In this document: in pieces, positions 51,501 to 62,789 of the stretch
How positions within the stretch are numbered: the stretch's first letter is position 1
Layout of the letters: each line of letters begins with the position of its first letter
Assembly: GCA_015060865.1 (NCBI GenBank)
Contig: SUXS01000012.1
Span: 41,313-105,312 of the forward strand
DNA length: 64,000 nt
Direction: 5' to 3'
Source: Bacteroidales bacterium
Lineage (GTDB): Bacteria; Bacteroidota; Bacteroidia; Bacteroidales; Bacteroidaceae
The notes under the pieces: model-generated
The model's input: only the letters and a program-made list of their open reading frames with translations
Told to the model about the DNA's origin: nothing
Database searches by the model: none
Made by a program: the position numbers and the translations under genes

Positions 51501-54248
51501 TTACTTCAATTTTGACAGACTTTCCTTAATCGCAGCAATCTTGCTCTCGGCATCGGCCTGTTTCTTGCGCTCGGCGGCGACAACGGCCTCGGGTGCATTG
51601 CTTACAAAGCGTTCGTTGGAAAGTTTCTTCATCACTGAGTTGAGGAATCCTTCGAGATAGGTGAGCTCGGCCTGTAGCTTGGCAACTTCGGCCTCTACAT
51701 CGATGAGGCTGCCCAAAGGTACGGCATACTCGGTGGTGCCTACCATGAATGATGAGGTACCCTCGCTCTTGGCTTCTACTACATTGATAGCTTCGAGGTT
51801 GGCCATCTTCTCTATAATTGCATTGTAGGTAGCTACAGCGTGATTGCCTACCACTTCAAGGCTGAGCGCCTCCTTCTGCGCGATGTTCTTCTGCAAGCGG
51901 ATGGTGCGCACGCCACTGATGATGCTCTTTACGGTCTCGATGTCGGCTATGAGCTGCTCGTCGTACTTGTCGGCAAAAATCTTTACGCTTTGTGTCATGA
52001 TGCTCTCGCCGGGCTTGCGTTCCTCGATAGCTTGCCACAACTCTTCGGTGATGAAGGGCATGAAGGGGTGGAGCAGGCGCAGCAGGGCGTCGAAGTAGTG
52101 AAGTGTAGCATCGTAGGTCTGCTTGTCGATAGCACAACCGTAGGCGGGCTTCACAATCTCAAGATACCAGCTGGAGAACTCATCCCAGAACAGGCGGTAT
52201 ATAGCCATCAGTGCCTCGCTCAAGCGGTACTTGCTCATCAGGTCGTCCACCTCGAGGGCTGTCTTGGTGAGCATAGCATCGAACCACTGGCAACCCAAGC
52301 GGGCAGCCTCGGGCTGAGCGATGGTGGCATCTACATTCCAACCCTTCACGAGGCGGAAGGCGTTCCAAATCTTGTTGTTGAAGTTACGGCCCTGCTCGCA
52401 GAGTGCATCATCGAAGAGGATGTCGTTGCCGGCAGGAGCGCAGAGCATCATACCCATACGCACGCCATCGGCACCATACTGGGCGATGAGGTCGAGCGGG
52501 TCGGGCGAGTTGCCGAGGCTCTTCGACATCTTGCGTCCCAGCTTGTCGCGTACGATACCGGTGAAGTATACATTCTTGAATGGCATGTCGCCCTTGTACT
52601 CGTAGCCTGCCATAATCATACGTGCTACCCAGAAGAAGATGATGTCCGGGCCGGTCACCAGGTCTGAGGTGGGGTAGTAGTAGTTGAGTTCGGCATTGTC
52701 GGGGTTGTTGATACCGTCAAACAGTGAGATGGGCCACAGCCATGATGAGAACCAAGTGTCGAGGGCATCCTCGTCCTGACGCAGCTCGGCAGCTGTGATA
52801 TTCTCGTATCCCTCTATCTTGCGGGCCAACTCAACGGCTTCGTCAATGCTCTCGGCTACTACGAAGGTCTCTTCGCCACCCTCTGCTGTGGGCAGGAAGT
52901 AGGCCGGTATGCGGTGTCCCCACCAGAGTTGGCGGCTGATACACCAGTCTTGTATGTTTTCCAACCAATTGTTGTAGGTGGTCTTGTACTTGGCGGGGTA
53001 GAACTTGAGTTCGTCGTTCATTACGGGCGGCAGGGCGATGTCGGCAAAGTGCTGCATGCGGAGGAACCACTGCATGCAGAGACGCGGCTCAACGGCCGTG
53101 TCGGCATTGCGCTCCGAGTAGCCCACCTTGTTGTCGTAGTCTTCCACCTTCTCGAGCAGACCAGCAGCTTCGAGGTCCTTGGCGATGAGGCGGCGCACCT
53201 CCATGCGGTCCTTGCCTACATAGAGTCCGGCTTCCTCGCTCAGTGTGCCGTCGGGGTTGAAGATGTCGATAGTCTCCAGATTGTGCTTCTTGCCCAGCAT
53301 GTAGTCATTGGTGTCGTGAGCAGGAGTCACCTTCAAGCATCCTGTACCGAACTCGATGTCTACGTAGCGGTCCTCGATGACGGGAATCTCACGACCTACG
53401 AGCGGTACGATGACCTTCTGTCCCTTGAGCCAAGTGTTCTTGGGGTCCTTGGGGTTGATACACATGGCCGTGTCGCCCATGATGGTCTCGGGGCGAGTGG
53501 TAGCCACTACGGCATAGTAGCCTTTCTCGTCTTTGTGTATAACGTTGTCGAGTTGAAAGTTGAAAGATGAAAGTGGAGAGTGGCCGTCCGGATGGCAACT
53601 TTCATCTGTCATCTTTCCACTTTCCACTTGTCCTACCACATAATACTTCAAGTAATATAGCTTGCTCTTCTCCTCCTTGTAGATTACCTCTTCGTTGGAG
53701 AGGGCAGTCTGTGCCTTGGGGTCCCAGTTTACCATGCGCAGACCGCGGTAGATAAGGCCCTTGTTGTAGAGGTCTACGAATACCTTGATGACGCTTGCGC
53801 TACGCTTCTCGTCCATGGTGAAGGCCGTACGGTCCCAGTCGCATGATGCACCCAGCTTACGCAGTTGCTTGAGGATGATGCCGCCGTGCTCGTCGGTCCA
53901 CTCCCAAGCATGCTTGAGGAACTCCTCACGGGTGAGGTCGCTCTTCTTGATGCCCTGTTCGGCGAGCTTCTTCACCACCTTGGCTTCGGTAGCGATAGAG
54001 GCATGGTCGGTACCCGGTACCCAGCAAGCATTCTTGCCCAGCATACGTGCGCGGCGCACGAGAATATCCTGAATGGTATTGTTGAGCATGTGGCCCATGT
54101 GGAGCACACCCGTCACGTTGGGTGGGGGGATGACCACTGTATAGGGCTCGCGTCCGTCGGGCTCAGAGTGGAAGAGTTTGTTGTCTAACCAATATTGATA
54201 CCATTTACCCTCAACATCCGTGGGGTTGTATTTGCTTGCTAGTTCCAT
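51501..54248 (-). CDS. valS: valine--tRNA ligase
   Basis: HIGH-type motif [19 protein letters not shown]-terminal coiled coil. Carries an in-frame palindromic insert. Confidence 0.95.
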   Translation of the reverse strand: MELASKYNPTDVEGKWYQYWLDNKLFHSEPDGREPYTVVIPPPNVTGVLHMGHMLNNTIQDILVRRARMLGKNACWVPGTDHASIATEAKVVKKLAEQGIKKSDLTREEFLKHAWEWTDEHGGIILKQLRKLGASCDWDRTAFTMDEKRSASVIKVFVDLYNKGLIYRGLRMVNWDPKAQTALSNEEVIYKEEKSKLYYLKYYVVGQVESGKMTDESCHPDGHSPLSSFNFQLDNVIHKDEKGYYAVVATTRPETIMGDTAMCINPKDPKNTWLKGQKVIVPLVGREIPVIEDRYVDIEFGTGCLKVTPAHDTNDYMLGKKHNLETIDIFNPDGTLSEEAGLYVGKDRMEVRRLIAKDLEAAGLLEKVEDYDNKVGYSERNADTAVEPRLCMQWFLRMQHFADIALPPVMNDELKFYPAKYKTTYNNWLENIQDWCISRQLWWGHRIPAYFLPTAEGGEETFVVAESIDEAVELARKIEGYENITAAELRQDEDALDTWFSSWLWPISLFDGINNPDNAELNYYYPTSDLVTGPDIIFFWVARMIMAGYEYKGDMPFKNVYFTGIVRDKLGRKMSKSLGNSPDPLDLIAQYGADGVRMGMMLCAPAGNDILFDDALCEQGRNFNNKIWNAFRLVKGWNVDATIAQPEAARLGCQWFDAMLTKTALEVDDLMSKYRLSEALMAIYRLFWDEFSSWYLEIVKPAYGCAIDKQTYDATLHYFDALLRLLHPFMPFITEELWQAIEERKPGESIMTQSVKIFADKYDEQLIADIETVKSIISGVRTIRLQKNIAQKEALSLEVVGNHAVATYNAIIEKMANLEAINVVEAKSEGTSSFMVGTTEYAVPLGSLIDVEAEVAKLQAELTYLEGFLNSVMKKLSNERFVSNAPEAVVAAERKKQADAESKIAAIKESLSKLK
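53551..53628. repeat. heptamer-arm palindromic element inside the valS reading frame
   Basis: agttgaaagttgaaagatgaaagtggagagtgg - ccgtccggatgg - caactttcatctgtcatctttccactttccact. Same arm sequence as the parB-parA element and same GCCGTCCGGATGGC core as PAL1. Confidence 0.85.
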
Positions 54249-54443
54249 AGATTATATGTCGTTTATATACATTTATTCAAATTGGGTACAAAATTAGTGC
54301 AAAAAATCGATTTAGCGAAGACAATACATATTTACTTGTATTGTTGAACGTGAGAAATTTAGTTCAGACAAGCGAAAAAGCTAATTTGCTAATTATATTT
54401 TCTACCAGGTATTAAGGCACATGTCTAAACGGTTCTTATGCTC

Positions 54444-55664
54444 TTATATTTTCTGGTAGCAGATGAAGTACTTCTTCACCTTTTTCTCCAGCAGTGATAG
54501 GTTAAACATGTCCGATGCTTCGGCTATATCGCGTGTGCTTCCGTCGTTGTAGAGTATCTCGATATGGTCGTCGGCTGCCGTGTACATGTCCTTCTCTTGG
54601 GTAGCCGAGCATATCAGGTACTCGGCCTCTTTCTTGCTGATGCCAAGATTTTCCGTAATGCGGTCGATGAGGCTTTCCTGATACTCTCTGCTGAAGGGTT
54701 GTGCGCTGAACTCCACCTTGAACAATCGGCGGTTTACCAGTCCATTACTGAGTGTGGCAAGCACCTTGTCGGGGTGCGATTCCCACACCTTCAGGGCGCT
54801 CCAGATGTCGTTGTCGTCGAGTTGGGTGAATATGTCGAGGCACTTCTCATCGTTGAAGAAGACTTCGCGTGTGATGTCGGTGTAGAGGAAGTGGCGTAGG
54901 GCAGGAGAGGCGAAGAGTTCTTCGCCCGCTTTTGCCAGCTCCTTGGCTCGTGTGAGTGTACTGATGAGCATCTTCTCGCAAGCCACCGAGGTCTTGTGCA
55001 GGTACACCTGCCAGTACATCAGGCGGCGTGCCGTGAGGAAGTTCTCGATGGAGTAGATGCCTTTCGACTCCACCACCAGGTGATCGTCCTTCACGCCGAG
55101 CATCTTGATGATGCGTGCCGAGCCAATGTTGCCCTCTGTAACGCCTGTGTAGAAACTGTCGCGACGCAGGTAGTCGAGGCGGTCCATGTCGAGCTGACTG
55201 CTCACCAACTGGTGCAGGAATCGCTTCTCGTACTCATCCTTATAGATACGTATGGCGAGGTCGAGCCGTCCGCCCAGTTCGCGGTTCATCCGCTCCATCA
55301 GCAGCAGCGATATCTCCTCGTGGTGCACACCCGGTGCCAGCGTGTTCTCCAATACATGGGAGAAGGGGCCATGTCCCACGTCGTGCAGCAATATGGCCAG
55401 CTTCACCGACTCGGCTTCGTGGTCCGATATCTCCACTCCTTTTCCCCGTAGCGATTGTATCGCCTCCGTCATCAGGAAGAAGGCGCCCAATGAATGTTGA
55501 AAACGTGTATGCTGCGCTCCAGGATATACCATGCTGGAAAGTCCCAGCTGCTTGATGCGGTGGAGGCGTTGCACGATAGGGTGGGTGACCACCTCCATGA
55601 TGACCCCCTTGGGAATATTGATGAACCCGAATACCGGGTCGTTGATGATTTTGCCTGACTGCAT
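54444..55664 (-). CDS. HD-domain phosphohydrolase (dNTPase-like)
   Basis: FQHSLGAF and ILLHDVGHGPFSH. Start placed behind the -7 box. Confidence 0.8.
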   Translation of the reverse strand: MQSGKIINDPVFGFINIPKGVIMEVVTHPIVQRLHRIKQLGLSSMVYPGAQHTRFQHSLGAFFLMTEAIQSLRGKGVEISDHEAESVKLAILLHDVGHGPFSHVLENTLAPGVHHEEISLLLMERMNRELGGRLDLAIRIYKDEYEKRFLHQLVSSQLDMDRLDYLRRDSFYTGVTEGNIGSARIIKMLGVKDDHLVVESKGIYSIENFLTARRLMYWQVYLHKTSVACEKMLISTLTRAKELAKAGEELFASPALRHFLYTDITREVFFNDEKCLDIFTQLDDNDIWSALKVWESHPDKVLATLSNGLVNRRLFKVEFSAQPFSREYQESLIDRITENLGISKKEAEYLICSATQEKDMYTAADDHIEILYNDGSTRDIAEASDMFNLSLLEKKVKKYFICYQKI

Positions 55665-55691
55665 ATCTCTGCTTCTAACCAATTGGAATGA

Positions 55692-55699
55692 CAAAGATA
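55692..55699 (-). promoter_or_regulatory. -7 box of the HD-domain gene
   Basis: CAAAgaTA on the plus strand. Confidence 0.5.
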
Positions 55700-55864
55700 C
55701 GAATAAGCGAGTGAAAAGCCAAGTTTGCTTGAGCTTTTCTCAACGAGCGTGAGTCTCTTCATGGTTAACCATAAAGGTATCCATACCTTATAAATCCGTT
55801 ATAAAGAAAGAAAAGAGGAGGAGTGGAAATTTCCACTCCTCCTCAAGTGATATGTCAAAAAAGA

Positions 55865-57898
55865 TTATTCTTCCGTTGTCATTTTGAAAATATTCACGTA
55901 GAGGCGTGCATCAGTCTTGGCAGGATAGCATCCGTATGAAGTGTACCCAGTGTCATACATGATGACCTTATCGTTCATTGTGTTGGTTACACTGTAGGTG
56001 CCATCCTCATTGACGTTGAACAACCAGCTGCTGCCAGGTTGTACCATCTCAGTGCCGATGTTGAACGAGTTGTAATCGCCCTTCATATAGATGTAGCGGC
56101 CATAGCTGTCCTGCATGGTGAATCCATCCTCTACGGCAGTAACGGTGAGGAATGCGTTCTCTGCAGCATCGCAGGCCTCTATGATGCCCTCTTCATTGAT
56201 GGTGACGCTGGCATAGGGCATATAACCGTAGTTCTTGTTCTCTCCCAGCGGACTGAAGAGGCGTCCTTCGGTAACGCCTGTCTCCTCGTTAACCTTGATG
56301 TCGGCTACCATGACGTAGATGCCGCTTTCGGTAACTTCGCTGACAGGTACGCACTTGAAGGTCTTGTATACCCACTGGCCATCGATGAGGTTGAAGTTGT
56401 ATACTCCCTCTTCAAGGGCGGTGTTGGTCCATTCGCTACCATTATATATATAGTTCTCTACAACGAGTTTGTTGCTCTTGTTGTAATACACCAGTGTGGT
56501 CTCCTGCTTGTTTACGGCATAGGGATAGTTCTTCTCCAGATACATAGGAATGTATGTGGCAGGGTCGCTGATGCTGCCTTTCATACCCATGGCCTCATAC
56601 TCAGCAGGCTGTATCACGTCGGCATCAATGGCCTTCCATGATGTACCGTCCCATTGGTAGAGGGCGAGTACAGAGGTGGTGTTGGCTACAGCTGCTGCAC
56701 GGCGTGGAGCGGTTGCTGCGGCATCGGCTGCTGTCACTGACGTTGCCATGGTGTTGAAGTATTTACCGCTGCTCACACCGATGAAATAGCCGGTTACGGT
56801 CACTTTCTGCCCGTCGAGTGAAGCGTCAACCAATCCTTCGACAGGGTAGGAGATGCTGCCTATAATTGTATCTACTCCTTCAAAGTTTACGTTATAATAG
56901 TTTCCGCTGATAGTAAGTGTACCAGTATAACTTACATACTCTACGGTAGGATTGTTGAACAATTTTTCGATTTCAGTATTGTTCAATGCGCGTGGAGTGG
57001 GACGATTGAGCTTATTCCCTTTGGAAATCACATTCATAGTTGAGGGGAATTTGGTGCCGTCAAATTGAAATAGTCCCGCGTATTTGGTTACGGTACCAGT
57101 TACAGTTATGAAATCTCCAATAGAGGCTGCATCGTTGCTTCCTACATAATATAGGATGTAGTCACTACCGTCGCTGATGAGGTAACCTCGAGCATATGTA
57201 CCCACAACTTGTCCTTTTACAGTGTATTCTCCTTCACCATTCTCCAAGATGTCGCTGATGGCATCATACTTTACCTCAACTTCTTCATTGCCTGTCGTAG
57301 GATCATTCTCGGCATACTCATAGTTTACCAAAACCACTTCGCCCACTTCGGCATCGTCGAAGTTGTCTTTCAGTATGCGGTTCATGTATTTGCTTGCTTG
57401 GCGTGAGGGGCAGAAGAACTCATGGCCTTCACCATCTTCCCATACCATCTCATAGTCGTATTCTGAAAGCTCGTAGCTATATGCTTGAGCAATCTGCTGG
57501 TGCAGCTCGGGCACTTCGGCGAGTTCGTTTACCGTGATGATGGCCGAAGAACCATCGGTAGCTGTGCTCCACTTGTCGGCCAAGAAGGCGGGAAGGTAGA
57601 GCTCGGCAGGCACGAGGTCGGTGAAGTAGTTGTTGCTTTTATTGGCCTCGAATGCATCGTACATGGTGCTGTCGAGAGAACCATCTTCGTTCTGCTTGAT
57701 AGTACTGGTTGCTACGTCCTTGTTCGCTGCGAGCTTGAATAGGTCGGCATAGTCGGCCTTCTTCAAGGTGTAGTTGATAGACTTTACATCGGTAGGTACC
57801 GATAAGTCCTTGTAGCCGTCGAAGTTCAGTTCGTTGTAGTCTTCGCATCCGAAGAGCATCAACGTGGCGGCAACGTATAATAATGATTTCTTGTTCAT
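55865..57898 (-). CDS. surface lipoprotein partnered with the upstream TonB-dependent receptor
   Basis: Lipobox ATLMLFGC. OB-fold-like segment YTVKGQVVGTYARGYLISDGSDYILYYVG..GDFITVTGTVTKYAGLFQF. Confidence 0.6.
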   Translation of the reverse strand: MNKKSLLYVAATLMLFGCEDYNELNFDGYKDLSVPTDVKSINYTLKKADYADLFKLAANKDVATSTIKQNEDGSLDSTMYDAFEANKSNNYFTDLVPAELYLPAFLADKWSTATDGSSAIITVNELAEVPELHQQIAQAYSYELSEYDYEMVWEDGEGHEFFCPSRQASKYMNRILKDNFDDAEVGEVVLVNYEYAENDPTTGNEEVEVKYDAISDILENGEGEYTVKGQVVGTYARGYLISDGSDYILYYVGSNDAASIGDFITVTGTVTKYAGLFQFDGTKFPSTMNVISKGNKLNRPTPRALNNTEIEKLFNNPTVEYVSYTGTLTISGNYYNVNFEGVDTIIGSISYPVEGLVDASLDGQKVTVTGYFIGVSSGKYFNTMATSVTAADAAATAPRRAAAVANTTSVLALYQWDGTSWKAIDADVIQPAEYEAMGMKGSISDPATYIPMYLEKNYPYAVNKQETTLVYYNKSNKLVVENYIYNGSEWTNTALEEGVYNFNLIDGQWVYKTFKCVPVSEVTESGIYVMVADIKVNEETGVTEGRLFSPLGENKNYGYMPYASVTINEEGIIEACDAAENAFLTVTAVEDGFTMQDSYGRYIYMKGDYNSFNIGTEMVQPGSSWLFNVNEDGTYSVTNTMNDKVIMYDTGYTSYGCYPAKTDARLYVNIFKMTTEE

Positions 57899-57922
57899 AT
57901 TCCTTTATATATTATATATGTA

Positions 57923-60700
57923 TTAGAAGTTAATCTTCAAGCGTACTGAGTAGGTGCGTCCGAAGGCATAGAATACGCGGTAGGCCTTCTGCCATGAGTT
58001 GTCGCCCACGGGGCTGTATGCATCTACGATATAGAGGTTATCGAACAGGTTGTCGATGTTTCCGATGAAGGTGGCACGACAATTGCCGATGTTGAATCGA
58101 TACGAAGCATTGAGGTCAAACTGTCCGCCAGCAGGAATCATCCAAGGTGTGGTGTAGTTCTTGGTCTGACCAGAGGCGATGTCGCTGGTGCTGATAGAGA
58201 AGTCGGCATAGTTGTTGCCATAGTAGGTGTAGTCAAGTCCGGCACTCAGGTCGCGAGTAATCTTGGCGCGTGCACCGAGGGCTGCTGTTGTCTGGGCCGA
58301 ACCACCTACCTTTACACCCTTGAGGTTGAGCTTGGCCCAAGCATGGTCTTCGGCACCGGCTGCAGAGGCGAGAGTACCCTTACCTACATTAGCCACTGGC
58401 TGACCCAGTGAGTTGTAGTAGTATCCGGTAGCGTTGCTGTCCCAGGTCCAGTCGCCCACTGACAGCATACCGGTAATGTCAAGCCAGCGTGTGGGCTTCG
58501 CAGTGAAATCGAGTTCTACACCCATGTGCTTGGCATCTACGCCCTCCATGTTGATGCTGATGCGGTCTTCTGTTCCGTCCTCATACTCGATGGCGCTTGA
58601 GCGAGCCATGGTCTTGTCCATCCACTTGGTGTAGTAGGCATTCAGACGCAAGTCGAGGAATCTGTTGTGGAATCCGTAACCAGCCTCTACCGAGAAAATC
58701 TTCTCATTTACGGCATTTGGATTGATAGAGTTGCTGTTCGTTGCGCTCAGGAAAGCACCGCCTGAGTAGAAGGGGGCACGGCTGATGTAACCGATGTTGG
58801 CAAATACGTTGTGGTTGTCGTTGATGTTGTAGTTGGCACCACCCTTGGCAGTGTAGCCCCAGAAGCTCACTACGTCAGACTTGGCGTGCTCGGCATCGTA
58901 GTAGAAGCGGTCGTAGCGCCAGTAGTTGTTGTAGTTGAGCGAACCGGCAACGAAAGCTGCCAGCTTATCCTTATTATATTCGGCCTGGAAGAAGAGTCCC
59001 TCCTGCATCACATAGCCGTCGTAGTCGCGGTATACCACGTCGCCCACCTGCAACTTCTGGTTCACCCAGTTGGGGTTGAGCGCAGCAGCATTGTTCTTGG
59101 GATCAACACCGGCACGGCTGCTGCTGTCGATGAAGAATTTACCGTTGTAGAGGTCCGAGAGTACATTCTTGTGCGTACCTTTATAGTAGCGGTAGTCGAT
59201 ACCGCCGTAGAAGTCGATATACTTGCCAATCTGTGTGGTGTAGGTCGATACCAATCCGTACCAGTTGTGGTAGTTGGGGTTCTTCGACATCACCATGAGC
59301 GCACCTGCCTCACTGGCCTGGTTCATCAACTGAATCTGGTCGTAGGCAAAGGTACCATCTGCATGACGCAAGGTATAGGTTTGGTTCAGTGCATCACCTG
59401 AGAAGTAGTCGCCGTAGTCAGCTGCGTTGATGGTGTTGAAGTTGAGCACACCGTCGCTGGCGCCATACCAATAGTTGCGTAGGGTAGAGTTGATAGCCTG
59501 ACCTGAGTAACCGTTACCGCGGCCTATCGACACGTAAGCAACTGAGCTGAGCGATGATTTGTGGTTAATTTGCCACTGGTGGTTGAGCGATATCTGCGGT
59601 TTGTGGTACTCATTGTACGATGAGGTCTTGCGCTCGCCGTTGAGACCGAAACCATAAGTGGGGTTGTACTTGTAGGGACTGTCGCCCTTCATGTAGTTGG
59701 CTACTTGTTGCCATCCTTGGATGGTGAGACCATCATTCTTGTTGCGCTGATAGTGCTTCTGTGGTGCGCCGAAGGCTGTGAACGACAGTTGGTGGTCAAG
59801 TCCGATACGCTTCGAGAGGTTGACGAAATAGTTGTAACCTTCAAAGTCGGTACCTTGGATGTAGCCGTCGCCCCAGGTTTTTGAACCTAAAAATGAGAAT
59901 GCCCATCCCTCCTTGTTCTGACCAGTAGAGAAGCTGAAGAGCATCTTGTTGTATCCGTCGTTGCCCATGGCATACGATGCCGTACCGCCCTTCTTGGCTT
60001 CAAGGCCCTTGGTGACGATGTTGATGGAGCCACCCACCGAGGGAGCCGATACCTTTGAGGCGCCCAGTCCGCGCTGAGTCTGCATGCTGCGGGTCACATC
60101 GGTCAGTCCCATCCAGTTGCTCCAGTACAAGCCGCCCCATTCCATGTCGTTCATGGGCACGCCGTTGACCATGACGGCCACGTTGGCACTCTGGAAACCG
60201 CGCATGTTGATTTTCGAGTCACCGAATCCACCACCAGCCTTTGTGGCATATACGCCCGGGGTTGATTTCAAGATTTCGGGAAACTCCTTCGTTCCCATCT
60301 TTTCCTCAATGAATACGGGGTCGATGGTAGAGAGGGCTACGGGGGTCTTGCGTGCTATAGCTACAGATTGAGTGATGACCACATCGCCCAAAGCCACCGC
60401 ATCGGGTTTTAGCTCTACGATACCGATGTTGCTCTTGTTGGCTTTCTGCTCCAAAGTCTGATAACCGATGTAGCTGAACACCAATGTTGGCTTTTCTTGT
60501 TTTGACTCGATGGTGAAGTGTCCATCCAAATCTGTAACTACGCCCGTGGTAGAGCCTTTTACCTGTACTGAGGCTGCCACCAGCGGCTCCTGTGTTTCGG
60601 CATCTACCAACGTGCCTTTTACCGTGCGCTGTGCATTCACGGTAAGTATGCCGCCCAAGATAAAGGCGACACTCACAAATAGTCGTGATAGTTTTGACAT
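57923..60700 (-). CDS. TonB-dependent receptor
   Basis: Signal peptide, CarboxypepD_reg-like VKGTLVDAETQEPLVAASVQV, plug, C-terminal barrel ending in F. Confidence 0.8.
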   Translation of the reverse strand: MSKLSRLFVSVAFILGGILTVNAQRTVKGTLVDAETQEPLVAASVQVKGSTTGVVTDLDGHFTIESKQEKPTLVFSYIGYQTLEQKANKSNIGIVELKPDAVALGDVVITQSVAIARKTPVALSTIDPVFIEEKMGTKEFPEILKSTPGVYATKAGGGFGDSKINMRGFQSANVAVMVNGVPMNDMEWGGLYWSNWMGLTDVTRSMQTQRGLGASKVSAPSVGGSINIVTKGLEAKKGGTASYAMGNDGYNKMLFSFSTGQNKEGWAFSFLGSKTWGDGYIQGTDFEGYNYFVNLSKRIGLDHQLSFTAFGAPQKHYQRNKNDGLTIQGWQQVANYMKGDSPYKYNPTYGFGLNGERKTSSYNEYHKPQISLNHQWQINHKSSLSSVAYVSIGRGNGYSGQAINSTLRNYWYGASDGVLNFNTINAADYGDYFSGDALNQTYTLRHADGTFAYDQIQLMNQASEAGALMVMSKNPNYHNWYGLVSTYTTQIGKYIDFYGGIDYRYYKGTHKNVLSDLYNGKFFIDSSSRAGVDPKNNAAALNPNWVNQKLQVGDVVYRDYDGYVMQEGLFFQAEYNKDKLAAFVAGSLNYNNYWRYDRFYYDAEHAKSDVVSFWGYTAKGGANYNINDNHNVFANIGYISRAPFYSGGAFLSATNSNSINPNAVNEKIFSVEAGYGFHNRFLDLRLNAYYTKWMDKTMARSSAIEYEDGTEDRISINMEGVDAKHMGVELDFTAKPTRWLDITGMLSVGDWTWDSNATGYYYNSLGQPVANVGKGTLASAAGAEDHAWAKLNLKGVKVGGSAQTTAALGARAKITRDLSAGLDYTYYGNNYADFSISTSDIASGQTKNYTTPWMIPAGGQFDLNASYRFNIGNCRATFIGNIDNLFDNLYIVDAYSPVGDNSWQKAYRVFYAFGRTYSVRLKINF

Positions 60701-60902
60701 AAGTTTTATTTTGAGTTTTAAATGTATGTTGAATTCTCGTTCTGCGAAATTAGTAAAAAAATATTAAATGTATCTTGTTCTCGGGAAGATTTTACTGATA
60801 AACTATTTCTTTTCTCTGTTGTTCTCTTTTTTATGTAGGACCTTGTGATATGTGTCCGATTATTTGTCTATCTTTGTAGCGTAAATAAAAATATATCACA
60901 TT

Positions 60903-61706
60903 ATGAATTATCTTTGGATTCTTCTTTGTATTTCCTTTGCCATCTCAGCGGTTGGTTGGATCTATTTTATCTATTTTTTCAGTGTTGGATATGGATTTGC
61001 CATTTCGGCATTGGCTGTTGCTTCGGCCATCATCTTCCGTGATGTGCTGACACTTCCTGCTGTCATTTTGTGTGCCGTACTTTTCATCTATGGTATTCGC
61101 CTGGCCATGTTTCTGCTGCTCAGGGAGAAACGATCGGCTTCGTACAAAAAGATTCTCTATCAACCTGACAATACCAAGAAGAAACCTCTCTTTGCTATGT
61201 TTATGATATGGATTTCATGTGCCCTGCTTTATGTGGGGCAGGTGAGTCCTGTTACTTTCCATTTGTATAATATGGCCCATGGACTTCCTGTCAGTGAAGG
61301 TTGGATGTGGGTGGGAGCCATTGTAGCTGCAATAGGTGTAGTCATTGAGATGGTGGCCGATGCGCAGAAAAATTCCGCAAAGAAGGTTGATCCTCATCGT
61401 TATGTCGATACAGGCCTTTACCGCATTGTACGTTGCCCTAACTATTTTGGTGAGGTGCTTATGTGGACGGGTAGCTTCCTCATCTGCTTCGGCTCATGTT
61501 GTACAGTAGGGCAGTGGATTATTGCTTCGCTAGGTTACGTGGGTATCGTATATGTGATGTTCAGTGGAGCCCGTCGACTTGAGTTGCGTCAGACCGAGGT
61601 CTATGGCAGTGATCCGGCTTTCCAGGCATACATCAAGCGTACGCCCCTTATCATACCTTTGGTACCTATCTATAGTGTAGCAAAGTTCTCTTGGCTCAAG
61701 GGATAG
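60903..61706 (+). CDS. DUF1295 / steroid-5-alpha-reductase-like membrane protein
   Basis: Multi-pass, with GLYRIVRCPNYFGEVLMWTG. Confidence 0.7.
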   Translation: MNYLWILLCISFAISAVGWIYFIYFFSVGYGFAISALAVASAIIFRDVLTLPAVILCAVLFIYGIRLAMFLLLREKRSASYKKILYQPDNTKKKPLFAMFMIWISCALLYVGQVSPVTFHLYNMAHGLPVSEGWMWVGAIVAAIGVVIEMVADAQKNSAKKVDPHRYVDTGLYRIVRCPNYFGEVLMWTGSFLICFGSCCTVGQWIIASLGYVGIVYVMFSGARRLELRQTEVYGSDPAFQAYIKRTPLIIPLVPIYSVAKFSWLKG

Positions 61707-61743
61707 CTTTAATCTTGGCCCCGTTTTCGTTTCCGATAGATGC

Positions 61744-61773
61744 ATTAAGCCCTGCCAATTGGCAGGGCTTAAT
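61744..61773. terminator. bidirectional hairpin between convergent genes
   Basis: attaagccctgcc-aatt-ggcagggcttaat. Confidence 0.65.
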
Positions 61774-61801
61774 ATATTGTAGCTGTAGGTCATGCTTGAG
61801 T

Positions 61802-62635
61802 TTACAATATGCCGTACTTCACGAGCTCGGCAGCCATCTCCTCCTGTACTTCGCGAGCCTTCTCGCGGGCTACAGCGGCGAAGTTCTCGGTAGTGTCGGC
61901 ATAGATGATGGCACGGCTTGAGTTGACGATGAGTCCGCACTCCTTGGTGATACCGTACTTGCATACCTCGCTGAGCGAACCGCCCTGAGCGCCTACGCCA
62001 GGCACGAGGAGGAAGTGGTTGGGTACGATTTTGCGGATGTCCTCGAAGAGCTGGCCGCGAGTAGCACCTACCACGTACATCATATTCTCGTCGTTGCCCC
62101 ACTCCTGTGAACGACGCAGTACCTTCTCGAAGAGGCGTTCGCCAGTCTCCTTGTCCTCCATAAGCTGGAAGTCGAGCGAACCCTTATTTGATGTCAGCGC
62201 CAGCAATATCACCCACTTGCCTTCGTAGGCGAGGAAGGGCTTCACGCTGTCTTCGCCCATGTAGGGAGCCACGGTGAGGGCGTGCACATCCTGCTCCTCG
62301 AAGAATGAGCGGGCATACATCGAAGAGGTGTTGCCTATGTCGCCACGCTTGGCATCGGCGATGATGAAGTGGTTGGGATAGTTCTCCTTGAGGTAGGCGA
62401 TGGTCTTCTCGTAAGCCTCGTAGCCCTTGAGTCCGTCGCACTCATAGAAGGCGAGGTTGGGCTTGTAGGCCACGCAGTAGTCGGCCGTAGCGTCGATGAT
62501 GGCCTTGTTGAAGGCAAAGATGGGATCCTCCTCGTTCAGCAAGTGAGCGGGAATCTTCTTGGTGTCGGTGTCGAGGCCTACGCAGAGGAATGACTTGCGT
62601 GCCTTGATAATGTCGATGAGTTGTTGCTTGTTCAT
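61802..62635 (-). CDS. pyrF: orotidine 5'-phosphate decarboxylase (type 2)
   Basis: LCVGLDTD and [10 protein letters not shown]. Start at [10 protein letters not shown]. The longer ORF would read through the heptamer array. Confidence 0.88.
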   Translation of the reverse strand: MNKQQLIDIIKARKSFLCVGLDTDTKKIPAHLLNEEDPIFAFNKAIIDATADYCVAYKPNLAFYECDGLKGYEAYEKTIAYLKENYPNHFIIADAKRGDIGNTSSMYARSFFEEQDVHALTVAPYMGEDSVKPFLAYEGKWVILLALTSNKGSLDFQLMEDKETGERLFEKVLRRSQEWGNDENMMYVVGATRGQLFEDIRKIVPNHFLLVPGVGAQGGSLSEVCKYGITKECGLIVNSSRAIIYADTTENFAAVAREKAREVQEEMAAELVKYGIL

Positions 62636-62650
62636 AATTCCATTTTTTTT

Positions 62651-62785
62651 GTCAACAGACAACAGTCAACGGTCAACGGACTTGCCTTCCGGGATGTTGC
62701 TGTTTGGTTATTGATTTCTTTTCACTTCTATGGTCAATAGCCACAAGTCGCGTCAGGATGGGACTGTAGAGCATTGACCGTTGAC
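62651..62785. repeat. spacer element with GTCAACR heptamer array and inverted partner
   Basis: gtcaaca gacaaca gtcaacg gtcaacg g (62651-62679), core gccttccgggatg (62684-62696), inverted ttgaccgttgac (62774-62785). Confidence 0.65.
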
Positions 62786-62789
62786 TATA

